Of a stretch of DNA of 64,000 bases, positions 17,902-26,716 are shown one piece after another. Position 1 is the stretch's first letter. Every line of letters begins with the position of its first letter. This DNA is from Bdellovibrionia bacterium (lineage in GTDB: Bacteria > Bdellovibrionota > Bdellovibrionia > Bdellovibrionales > JAGQZY01). The position numbers were made by a program, and so were the translations under genes. A model generated the notes under the pieces. That model was not told where the DNA came from. It ran no database searches and was given only the letters and a program-made list of their open reading frames with translations. The stretch is taken from assembly GCA_030427805.1 (NCBI GenBank), contig JAUICP010000004.1, positions 350,705 to 414,704 of the forward strand, in the 5' to 3' direction.

Positions 17902-19674
17902 ATGTGCGGAATTGCAGGATTGTTTTTGAAAGAGGGCGAAAATACCCAGTCATATGAACCACTTATAAAGGGTGTCCAAGAGCGCCTTAGGAACCGTGGC
18001 CCAGATCGTCAAGACTATTGGATCAAAGATAACATTGGCTTCATCCATACTCGACTTAGTATTCAAGATTTATCTGAAGCTGGTAACCAGCCTATGCATC
18101 TTGAAAAAGACGGGCTATCCATTTGTTACAATGGCGAGGTTTACAACTTTAAGGAGATTCGAACAGAACTCGAAAAGTTAGGCCACCACTTCAATTCCCA
18201 TTCAGACACTGAAGTTATTCTCAAATCCTATTTGCAATGGGGTAAGGATTGTATTCAGCGTTTTAACGGAATGTTTGCTTTCGCGATTTTTAATCACGAT
18301 GAACGAGAACTCTTTATTGCCCGAGATCGGCTGGGAATTAAACCACTCTATTTCATCGAAAATGAAAGTGGTTTCTTCTTCGCCTCTAATATTAAAGCGC
18401 TCCTAGGGTTCAAACAGAGTCAAAAAGAAATCGACCCAGAATCTCTCCATTTTTACATGAGTCTACACTCCATCGTTCCGGGAGCTTCCACGATCTTCAA
18501 GGATATTAAAAAACTTCCTCCTGGCTGCACTCTAACCAAAAGAGCCGGTGAAACTTCCCAGCAAATAAACTACTGGCAAGCCGATTATCGCCATCAAGAT
18601 CAGTTATCTGAGGATGAATGGTTTGAGAGAACCGAGGCAGCCCTTCTCAAGGCTGTTGAAAGAAGAATGATTGCCGATGTTCCAGTTGGTCTTTTTTTGA
18701 GTGGTGGGGTCGATTCAAGTTTGATTCTCGCCCTTATGAACAAAGCCCTTGGCAGTTCAGAAAAAATTCAGACATTTTCTGTCGGCTTTGCTAATGCTAA
18801 AGATGAAGACGGTGATGAATTTAAATACTCAGACATAGTCTCTAGTCACTACAAGACGAAACATCACAGATTTTTTGTGGAAACCTCTGAAATCTTAGAG
18901 AATCTCGACCAATGCCTCAGCAATATGAATGAGCCCATGGTGAGCTACGACAATATTGGCTTCTATCTTTTGTCCCAGAAAGCCTCAAAAGAGGTTAAAG
19001 TTGTGCAAAGTGGCCAAGGGGCCGATGAAATCTTTGCCGGTTATCACTGGTATCAAGATATTGAGTCATCTAAAACACCCGTCGATGATTATTCAAAGCT
19101 TTTCTTTGACCGATCCGAATCTGAAATGAAAAAAGCTCTTAGCCCGGAATTTTACCACCCGAACACCAGTTACTCATTTGTGGAAACGTATTTTTCTGAG
19201 CAAAAAATCTCAAGTGTGGATCAAGCCCTTCGAATTGATACCAATGTTATGCTTGTTGAAGACCCCGTAAAAAGGGTCGACTCAAATACCATGGCGTTTG
19301 GTCTCGAGGCTCGGGTACCATTTTTAGATCACGAACTTGTCGAACTCTGCGCCCGCATGCCTTACAGCATGAAGTTGCCAGACGGTGGAAAATATCTTCT
19401 TAAAAAAATTGCGCGTAAATACATTCCAAGTGAAGTCATCGACAGACCGAAGGGGTATTTTCCAGTTCCCCAATTAAAGTATATACAAGGACCTTTTCTC
19501 GAGTACGTTAAGAATTATATTTCGAAAGAGAGTGTTGAGTCGCGCGGGCTGTTTAACTGGAATTATGTAAAGCCGCTCCTAGAAAACCCAACGGAGCATA
19601 TTACACCACTACGAGGGAGTAAACTTTGGCAGATAGCAACACTGGAAATTTGGCTCAATCAGGTCGATCAGTAA
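17902..19674 (+). CDS. asnO: asparagine-synthase-family glutamine amidotransferase (AsnO-like, NAGGN pathway)
   Basis: The start at MCGIAGLF provides the N-terminal nucleophile Cys. The PP-loop LSGGVDSS is present. The gene sits in the conserved asnO-ngg-M42 trio. Confidence 0.85.
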   Translation: MCGIAGLFLKEGENTQSYEPLIKGVQERLRNRGPDRQDYWIKDNIGFIHTRLSIQDLSEAGNQPMHLEKDGLSICYNGEVYNFKEIRTELEKLGHHFNSHSDTEVILKSYLQWGKDCIQRFNGMFAFAIFNHDERELFIARDRLGIKPLYFIENESGFFFASNIKALLGFKQSQKEIDPESLHFYMSLHSIVPGASTIFKDIKKLPPGCTLTKRAGETSQQINYWQADYRHQDQLSEDEWFERTEAALLKAVERRMIADVPVGLFLSGGVDSSLILALMNKALGSSEKIQTFSVGFANAKDEDGDEFKYSDIVSSHYKTKHHRFFVETSEILENLDQCLSNMNEPMVSYDNIGFYLLSQKASKEVKVVQSGQGADEIFAGYHWYQDIESSKTPVDDYSKLFFDRSESEMKKALSPEFYHPNTSYSFVETYFSEQKISSVDQALRIDTNVMLVEDPVKRVDSNTMAFGLEARVPFLDHELVELCARMPYSMKLPDGGKYLLKKIARKYIPSEVIDRPKGYFPVPQLKYIQGPFLEYVKNYISKESVESRGLFNWNYVKPLLENPTEHITPLRGSKLWQIATLEIWLNQVDQ

Positions 19675-21440
19675 AAAAGAAGTACTCCTCAAAGGGGCGT
19701 CACAGACATGCAGATACTCCTTCTATCAGCCATTGGAAGGAGTCGCACTCAAAATTTGAGAGTGTTCAGGGTGAAAATAGCGCGATAAACGTCGGCTGGG
19801 GAAACCTCATTTTTGCAAATACTTTTGAAGGTAATGAAAAGTTGGTCGAAAGGATTAAATCTGAGAAGTCAGGCCAACGAAACATTGCCTTTTATGCGCA
19901 AGATCCACAAATTACCGTTTCTGAGTATCCAAACGATGTTTTTATGGATCCTTCTTATACCTATCGAATTTGGTTTGAAAAGTATAAACAATCGAAACGA
20001 CTGAATTCTCGAATCTTTGTGCGCAGACTGAATTCTGTAGAGGACTTAGACCAGGTCAATCATATCCTTATGGCGCGAAGAATGGTCACTTTGAACAAAG
20101 AGGCAGTCCTTAAAGAAAAAAAATCTAAGAAAGCGATTCATCTCGTTGCGGAATCGCAAAAGACTGGTGAGATCGTCGGATATGTGACTGGTGTGGATCA
20201 CAAAGAAGTTTTCGACGACCCAGAAAAAGGTTCAAGCCTCTGGTCCCTTGCGGTTCACCCCAATTCAATGATCCCCGGAATCGGCGAAGCCCTCACAAGA
20301 TACCTCATTGAATATTTCATAGCCCGTGGAAATAGTTACCTGGATTTATCTGTCATTCACGGTAATAAGCAGGCGATTACTCTTTATAAGAAACTCAAGT
20401 TCGAAAAGGTTCCCGTCTATTGCTTAAAGAAGAAAAACTCGATCAATGAGAGCCTCTACACATCAATGAAGAAGACGAAACACCTTAATCCCTATGCTCA
20501 AATTATCGTAGATGAAGCGGCTCGTAGAGGAATTGAAATTAGTTTTATCGATAAAAAAATGGGATATTTTCGTTTGAGCTTAGGAGCGAGATCTGTCGTA
20601 TGCAGAGAGTCCCTAACTGATCAAACAAGTGCTATTGCCATGAGCCAATGTGCGGACAAACGCATGACCTCCAAAGTTCTTAAGTCCCACAAAATTTCAG
20701 TCCCCGATCAAATGACTTTTAACCACGACCTGAGTGAAGCTTACCGGTTTTTAGAAAAACATAAGCAGATTGTGGTTAAACCCGCCGATGGAGAACAAGG
20801 CCAGGGTGTTAAAGTTGGAATTCGAAGTAAACAAGACCTAAAAAAATCTCTTGAATCTTTGAAAGGAGATGTCGGGCCGATCATTATCGAAGAGATGGTC
20901 AGTGGATATGATGTCAGAGTCATAGTCATAGACTATCAATTTGTGGCAGCAGCCCTGAGGAGACCACCCGAAATACTGGGTAACGGAGTTAAAACCGTAA
21001 AACAGCTCATACTCGCTCTCAATCGCAGGAGGATGGCTGCCACGGGCGGTGAATCCCAGGTTCCTTTTGACGACGAAACCCTGAGAACACTCAAGGAACA
21101 AAAACTCACTCTGGACTCTGTTCTAAAAGATGGTCGCATCGTTCAGGTTCGAAAAACAGCTAATGTTCATACCGGCGGAACCATTGAAGACATTACGCCC
21201 CAGTTCAGTGACTTCTTTAAAAAGGTCTCTGTCGAAGCTGCCATAAGCCTCGGCATTCCTGTGGTAGGATTAGACTTAATGATACCGAGTTTTCTTAAAA
21301 ACAAGTACTGGATTATCGAAGCCAATGAACGTCCCGGCCTAGCTAATCATGAGCCACAACCCACCGCTCAGGCTTTTATAGACTTTTTATTTCCCCAGAC
21401 TCGAAAAGAGGTAAGCAACTATGAAAATCCCTACAATTGA
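19626..21440 (+). CDS. ngg: N-acetylglutaminylglutamine synthetase-like bifunctional GNAT acetyltransferase / ATP-grasp ligase
   Basis: A central GNAT module is present (IVGYVTGV...LWSLAVHP...GIGEALTRYLIEYF...AITLYKKLKF). A C-terminal ATP-grasp follows (KVLKSHKISVP, IVVKPADGEQGQGV, VRVIVIDYQF, IIEANERPGL). The only in-frame start is the TTG at 19626, which overlaps asnO by 49 nt, so the exact start is uncertain. Confidence 0.8.
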   Translation: MADSNTGNLAQSGRSVKKKYSSKGRHRHADTPSISHWKESHSKFESVQGENSAINVGWGNLIFANTFEGNEKLVERIKSEKSGQRNIAFYAQDPQITVSEYPNDVFMDPSYTYRIWFEKYKQSKRLNSRIFVRRLNSVEDLDQVNHILMARRMVTLNKEAVLKEKKSKKAIHLVAESQKTGEIVGYVTGVDHKEVFDDPEKGSSLWSLAVHPNSMIPGIGEALTRYLIEYFIARGNSYLDLSVIHGNKQAITLYKKLKFEKVPVYCLKKKNSINESLYTSMKKTKHLNPYAQIIVDEAARRGIEISFIDKKMGYFRLSLGARSVVCRESLTDQTSAIAMSQCADKRMTSKVLKSHKISVPDQMTFNHDLSEAYRFLEKHKQIVVKPADGEQGQGVKVGIRSKQDLKKSLESLKGDVGPIIIEEMVSGYDVRVIVIDYQFVAAALRRPPEILGNGVKTVKQLILALNRRRMAATGGESQVPFDDETLRTLKEQKLTLDSVLKDGRIVQVRKTANVHTGGTIEDITPQFSDFFKKVSVEAAISLGIPVVGLDLMIPSFLKNKYWIIEANERPGLANHEPQPTAQAFIDFLFPQTRKEVSNYENPYN

Positions 21441-22590
21441 TCAAGACTATCTCATTCACACTTTGGGAGAATTGATCGCTATTCCGAGTCCATCGGGGTA
21501 CACAGATCAAGTGGTTCGCTATGTTTCTACGGAATTAGAAAAACTGGGCGTTGGTTTTGAACTCACACGAAGAGGTGCGATCCGAGCCCACTTAAAGGGT
21601 AAAAACCAACAACCGAGCCGAGCGGTTGTTAGTCACGTTGATACTCTTGGCGCTATGACCCGTGGTTTAAAAGAAAATGGGAGATTGGCAATTACACCTA
21701 TTGGTTTCTGGTCATCCCGTTTTGCAGAAGGAGCACGAGTTACGATCTTTACCGATCAAGGGCCCCAAAGGGGATCTATTCTTCCGTTGAAGGCCAGTGG
21801 TCACACCTATAACGAAGAAATCGACACCCAACCAGTCAATTGGGACCAGGTTGAAGTTCGAGTCGATGAAAAATGCGAGTCCAAAGAAGACTTACTCAAA
21901 CACAATTTTAACATTGGGGATTGGATTTCCATCGACCCTAACTTTGAAATTACAAAGAATGGATTCATTTCATCCCGGCATTTAGACAACAAAGCCGGAG
22001 TTGCATCGCTTTTGGCCGCCGTAAAAGCGATCAAAGATAACAACATCGAATTACCCATTGACTGTAATTTACTCTTTACGATTTCAGAAGAAGTCGGCTC
22101 GGGAGCTTCGGCTGTTCTTCACGACGGTGTTTCTGAAATGCTGAGCATCGATAATTCAACTTTAGCACCCGATCAAAATTCCAATAAGTATGGAGTTACT
22201 GTCGCAATAAAAGACTCTTCAGGTCCATTTGATTATCACTTCACTCGCATGATTCTTGATATTTGTAAGGAGCACAACTTAGTGCACTCTCGAGATACCT
22301 TTAGATATTATCGTTGTGATGCCGCTTCGGCCATTGAAGCTGGGAACGATATTCGTACAGCACTCGTCTGCTTTGCCTGTGATGCCTCACACGGTTATGA
22401 AAGAACCCACGTAGAGTCCCTTCTCGAACTCGGTAAGTTATTGAGTATTTACATGCAAAAAACACCGACCTTTATGCGGGATAAGAACGAACTCACTGGA
22501 CTAAAGGAGTTTTCAATTCAACCGACGGTGATTGATCCTTCGGTCGACCCGGAAGGTTCCGTGCGCTCGGATACCTACGATGACGAATAG
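21421..22590 (+). CDS. M42-family metallopeptidase of the NAGGN trio
   Basis: M42 metal-ligand blocks are present: VVSHVDTLGAM, HLDNKAGVASLL, ISEEVGSGAS. The gene overlaps ngg by 20 nt. Confidence 0.8.
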   Translation: MKIPTIDQDYLIHTLGELIAIPSPSGYTDQVVRYVSTELEKLGVGFELTRRGAIRAHLKGKNQQPSRAVVSHVDTLGAMTRGLKENGRLAITPIGFWSSRFAEGARVTIFTDQGPQRGSILPLKASGHTYNEEIDTQPVNWDQVEVRVDEKCESKEDLLKHNFNIGDWISIDPNFEITKNGFISSRHLDNKAGVASLLAAVKAIKDNNIELPIDCNLLFTISEEVGSGASAVLHDGVSEMLSIDNSTLAPDQNSNKYGVTVAIKDSSGPFDYHFTRMILDICKEHNLVHSRDTFRYYRCDAASAIEAGNDIRTALVCFACDASHGYERTHVESLLELGKLLSIYMQKTPTFMRDKNELTGLKEFSIQPTVIDPSVDPEGSVRSDTYDDE

Positions 22591-22641
22591 TTATAACTAT
22601 AGTCTAATAGCCATTTGGCCACACCTTCGATAAAATAATGT

Positions 22642-23670
22642 ATGGCTCAGAAAATCAAAAAGTACGATTGGGAAAAGCTTCGGGATCGCGACCTTCTGGA
22701 GCTTCGATTTTGTGACCTTAAATTGGATATCAAACAGTCGCGAGTCGCTCCGCTCATCAGCAAGCTCTACAAAGAACTTCAACAAAAGAAAATTCCTTTT
22801 AAACCTCATTTTTGGGTTTCTAAAGACTGGTTTTCTCCAGATGGTATTCCCGGAGTCGCCGTCCCCTTCTATGTAATTAACGATCGCCTCGCCCGCCTCG
22901 AAAAAAAAATGGTAATGGAAGTCGAAGGTTATAGCTTGAAAGAATGCATGAAACTTCTTCGACACGAAACCGGACATGCCATCGACAACGGATACAAACT
23001 CCGAATGATCAGGGCCAGACAAAATCTTTTTGGCCTTTCATCGACTCCTTATCCTGAGTCCTATTCCCCTCGGGCCTATTCAAAGAAGTTTGTCGTCCAT
23101 CTTAACTCTTGGTATGCACAGGCTCACCCCGATGAGGACTGGGCTGAAACCTTTGCCGTTTGGCTAAACCCTAACTCCAATTGGCGTTTAAAGTACAAAC
23201 ATTGGTATGCCCTCAAAAAACTGCGTCTCGTCGACGAAATCATGAAAGAAATTCGCGGCAAGAGACCTAAAATTACTAAGAAGGATAAACCTGAAAGTAT
23301 TAAATTCAGCCGAATGAAATTAAAGACCTATTATAATAGAAAAATAGAGAACCTGGGTCTTGACCAACCCTACTATCTCGATCCATTAATCACCCGATTA
23401 TTTACAGCAGACCCTAATTTAGCCCGAAAAAAACGGGCTGCCAGTTTTATTCGGGCCGAAAAAAGAACTATTGCCAAATTAGTCGCTAGGTGGACCGGTC
23501 AATATCAGTATACAATCAATCTGATTCTTCAGGAAATCATTCAGAGTTGCCAAGAAAAGAAACTCTATTTAATGAATTCTGAAAAAGAAACGCGAATGGA
23601 TTTAGTTGGAATGTTAACAGCCCATACTCTGAATTACATTACTAAAGGCAACCATAGGATTCCTCTCTAA
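22642..23670 (+). CDS. putative zinc metallopeptidase (HExxH)
   Basis: The HExxH motif lies in LLRHETGHAIDN. The downstream segment AHPDEDWAETFAVW could supply a third ligand or helix. The stop overlaps the next ATG (TAATG). Confidence 0.65.
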   Translation: MAQKIKKYDWEKLRDRDLLELRFCDLKLDIKQSRVAPLISKLYKELQQKKIPFKPHFWVSKDWFSPDGIPGVAVPFYVINDRLARLEKKMVMEVEGYSLKECMKLLRHETGHAIDNGYKLRMIRARQNLFGLSSTPYPESYSPRAYSKKFVVHLNSWYAQAHPDEDWAETFAVWLNPNSNWRLKYKHWYALKKLRLVDEIMKEIRGKRPKITKKDKPESIKFSRMKLKTYYNRKIENLGLDQPYYLDPLITRLFTADPNLARKKRAASFIRAEKRTIAKLVARWTGQYQYTINLILQEIIQSCQEKKLYLMNSEKETRMDLVGMLTAHTLNYITKGNHRIPL

Positions 23671-24701
23671 TGAAAGTTCTAGTGATTGTCCACCCCGATT
23701 TAATCCCACCAGAAGTTGTCGATGAGGATAAGGTGGAGTGGGATGTTATTGATTGGACAACCGAGTACGATGTTATCTCGACTCTTAAGAAATCAAAAAA
23801 CAATGTCGAGGTCATCGGCATACAAGACTCTCTTATAGAACTTCGCGACCGAGTTACAGAATTCAAACCGCACATCATTTTTAATCTGCTTGAAGAATTT
23901 AAAGGTGAGGCCATTTTTGATCAAAATGTGGTCAGTTACTTGGAACTCCTTGGAGTCCCCTACACTGGCTGCAATCCAAAAGGTTTAATCTTAGCTCGTG
24001 ACAAAGCTCTTTCAAAAAAACTACTTTCCTTTCACAGGATAAAAACTCCAAGTTTTCAGGTCTTCCCTAAAAACCAACCAAATAGAAAAGTTAATTTAAA
24101 GACTTTTCCTCTCATCGTGAAGTGTTTGAACGAAGAAGCTTCCCGAGGGTTATCTTCGTCGTCGATTGTAAACAATGAAAAAGAGCTGCGCGCTCGGTGC
24201 GAATTTATTCATGAAAAATTTAATGTCGATGCCATTGCTGAAGAATTTATTAAAGGAACTGAGTATTTTATCAGTGTCATTGGAAATTACCGTCTACAGA
24301 CTTACCCTCCGCGGGTCCTTCAATTTAAAAAGTCAAAAGATCCGGCTAAAGAGTTTTATTCTGAAAAAGCCAAGTTTTCGACCAAGTACCGCGAAAATAA
24401 GGGTGTGCAGACGGCTCCCGCTGACATCGACAAAGACCTTTTGAATAAACTCAGCAAAATAGCAAAGAAGACCTACAAAGTTCTTGGCCTCAATGGTTAC
24501 GCTCGAATCGACGTTCGAGTCGACGAAAACCAAAACTGTTACGTATTAGAAGCAAATCCAAATCCCGACATTGCCGAACTAGATGATTTTTCAGAAAGTG
24601 CCGCTACCGCAAAAGTGAAGTATAAAGACTTGCTCGAGACCATCTTGAAATTGGGAAGGCAATGGAGCCCCATCAAAGGACCGCAAACCCCTATCCTTTG
24701 A
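23670..24701 (+). CDS. D-Ala-D-Ala-ligase-like ATP-grasp enzyme
   Basis: The N-terminal pre-ATP-grasp segment is IIFNLLEEFKGEAIFDQNVVSYLELLGVPYTGCNP. The ATP-grasp core includes ARDKALSKKLL, PLIVKCLNEEASRG, YARIDVRVDENQNCYVLEANPNPD. Confidence 0.75.
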   Translation: MKVLVIVHPDLIPPEVVDEDKVEWDVIDWTTEYDVISTLKKSKNNVEVIGIQDSLIELRDRVTEFKPHIIFNLLEEFKGEAIFDQNVVSYLELLGVPYTGCNPKGLILARDKALSKKLLSFHRIKTPSFQVFPKNQPNRKVNLKTFPLIVKCLNEEASRGLSSSSIVNNEKELRARCEFIHEKFNVDAIAEEFIKGTEYFISVIGNYRLQTYPPRVLQFKKSKDPAKEFYSEKAKFSTKYRENKGVQTAPADIDKDLLNKLSKIAKKTYKVLGLNGYARIDVRVDENQNCYVLEANPNPDIAELDDFSESAATAKVKYKDLLETILKLGRQWSPIKGPQTPIL

Positions 24702-24703
24702 CG

Positions 24704-26533
24704 CTAGGGAATATTATACGAAACAAGCTCCATGGTGCGAAGCATTTCACCATCAAGGGCTCTCCACTCTGTAGATCTCTTCACGTAACGAAAGACTTTC
24801 GGTGAATAATAGAAAGTTTCTTTAAAAAAGGTTTCGCCCTTGTTATCTGTATCTTCACAGCCAACAACAAAGGTATCGAATTCACCCGCTGGGACTTTTG
24901 TCATTTGACGACCCTTAACCTGGCAACGTCTCTGCCCTTCAACTTTTGGTCGCCCATCGGTTCGAACAATTACAAATTTGTAGGACATAGCCTTACCCAC
25001 TTCTAATGGGTAAATTTTATTGTAATCACCATTAATAATGGTTACTTCTAACTCTTCACCTGATGGGCCAAAGGTTTTTAAGCCATGAACAAAATCATTG
25101 TAGGACTTTTCTAAAAGGCCTTGATCGTCGGTTCCTTCTTGACTCCACTTCAAGAGAACTTTGTCTTTCATAACTTCAGGAAATTCTACTAGGTTAATAC
25201 TATCTTCTAAAACGGCCCCTGTCGTTAAATTCACTCTTCTTGAAGTTTCCTTATAAGAGGATAAGGCCGGAGGAGCGGCCAGAACCGCATCTACAGTGGA
25301 GAAGCGGCTAAAACCATAAAATCCCGCAAAAAGAAGTAAAGCAATCCCGAGCCCATAGATGAGGTAGTTTTTATTGAGAGATATTTTAGACTCAGTTTTT
25401 TGCTTTCCTCCCGTTTGATAGGTGAGGTCTTTCTTCGACTTTTGAAAGCGATTCACTGCATAGTCGAGAGCACCACTCGAAATTGAAAGCTTTTCATCGG
25501 CAGTTAGTTCTCTGGTTTTGTCATCATTTTCATCATTAATATTTTGTTCTTGAAACTGGGCTGCTAAACTGATGATGATGCCAATTTCCCTGGTTTTAAA
25601 TCCCTGACTCAGAAGCTTCATCCTCACGGAATGCTCGTTGAGAATCTTTAATTCGGGCCTCCGAGAAATGAGTAACTCTTGCGGAATATCCCCTAAACGA
25701 CATTCATCAGTTCTTCTGAGCAATTCGTCACTAGATTTAACTCGCGTTTCTGGGTTTTTACTAACCAGATCTCTAAATAACTGAACAAATGGAGCTGGTA
25801 GAATTTCTCGAATATCCTCGGGGAGCTCCACCTGCACTGTCTTTATATTTTCCATGGTCTTAAAACGATTCTCGGATACAAAGGGATTTTTCTTGGTCAA
25901 CATTTCGAAGAAGACGATTCCAAGTGCAAAGAGATCTGACTGTACTGATTGTCTAGCACCGATTATGACTTCTGGAGAAAGATAGTTTACCGTTCCTACA
26001 ATTCGATCGGGTCTCGTCAAATCATCTTCAGCACTACTGAAACTTTTGGCGATTCCGAAATCAACGAGCTTTGCGATCCCCTTTTCGTTAATCACGATAT
26101 TCGAAGGTTTAATATCCCTGTGCAAAATACCATTTTCATGGGCCTCTCGAAGTGCACTCGCCATACTTCTTAAGACTGATAGAGCCTCGGAGACGCCAAA
26201 GCCACGGGAGTGAATTAGGTCTGAAAGATCACGACCTTTGACATACTCCATAACAATGTAACTGATTGAATCCTCAACTCCATAGTTGTGAATGCTTACG
26301 ATATTTGGGTGATTAAGTGCAGCGAGGGCTTTTGCCTCATTATGAAACCTTTTTTTAAGATTCACATTTTCATCGGCTTCGGGCAAAAGGGTTTTTATGG
26401 CCACTTCTCGTTCTAAATTGATATCTTTTGCCAAAAAAACAGAGCCCATTCCACCTTTTCCGAGAGGTTTGAGGATCTGATAGTTGAGGAACTTTTCTCC
26501 CTCGACGAGTTCTCGTTTTAATTCAGCGCTCAT
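24704..26533 (-). CDS. Hanks-type Ser/Thr protein kinase with one TM segment and an extracytoplasmic C-terminal domain
   Basis: Kinase motifs are present: LGKGGMGSVFLAKD, VAIK, HRDIKPSNIV, DFGIAK, SPE. The TM segment is YLIYGLGIALLLFAGFYGF, followed by about 190 aa of unassigned domain. The start was set at ATG 26533 (MSAELK). Confidence 0.85.
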   Translation of the reverse strand: MSAELKRELVEGEKFLNYQILKPLGKGGMGSVFLAKDINLEREVAIKTLLPEADENVNLKKRFHNEAKALAALNHPNIVSIHNYGVEDSISYIVMEYVKGRDLSDLIHSRGFGVSEALSVLRSMASALREAHENGILHRDIKPSNIVINEKGIAKLVDFGIAKSFSSAEDDLTRPDRIVGTVNYLSPEVIIGARQSVQSDLFALGIVFFEMLTKKNPFVSENRFKTMENIKTVQVELPEDIREILPAPFVQLFRDLVSKNPETRVKSSDELLRRTDECRLGDIPQELLISRRPELKILNEHSVRMKLLSQGFKTREIGIIISLAAQFQEQNINDENDDKTRELTADEKLSISSGALDYAVNRFQKSKKDLTYQTGGKQKTESKISLNKNYLIYGLGIALLLFAGFYGFSRFSTVDAVLAAPPALSSYKETSRRVNLTTGAVLEDSINLVEFPEVMKDKVLLKWSQEGTDDQGLLEKSYNDFVHGLKTFGPSGEELEVTIINGDYNKIYPLEVGKAMSYKFVIVRTDGRPKVEGQRRCQVKGRQMTKVPAGEFDTFVVGCEDTDNKGETFFKETFYYSPKVFRYVKRSTEWRALDGEMLRTMELVSYNIP

Positions 26534-26716
26534 AACGATTACCTTTTTATAAAAGCCCAATAATACAACGGCTTAACACCACTTAATTATAAGCATGGTG
26601 GAATTGTTAAGACACCTTAATATGGGCGAAACAAGCGTTTTAACTTGAGAATTCCACTCAATATTTACTCCATTCACGACGATAGTCTATCTATATAGTG
26701 CATTGAGGAACGTTGG

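Noticed and set aside
19626-19674. Programmed frameshift or fusion between asnO and ngg
   Set aside because: The 49-nt overlap is more simply explained by an unrecognised start (only a TTG is available) or a slightly misplaced start. No slippery heptamer was seen.
22597-23022. 141-aa minus-strand ORF overlapping the 5' half of the Zn-peptidase gene
   Set aside because: It is fully antisense to a gene with clear motifs (HETGH). It has no Shine-Dalgarno site, an odd composition and no motif.
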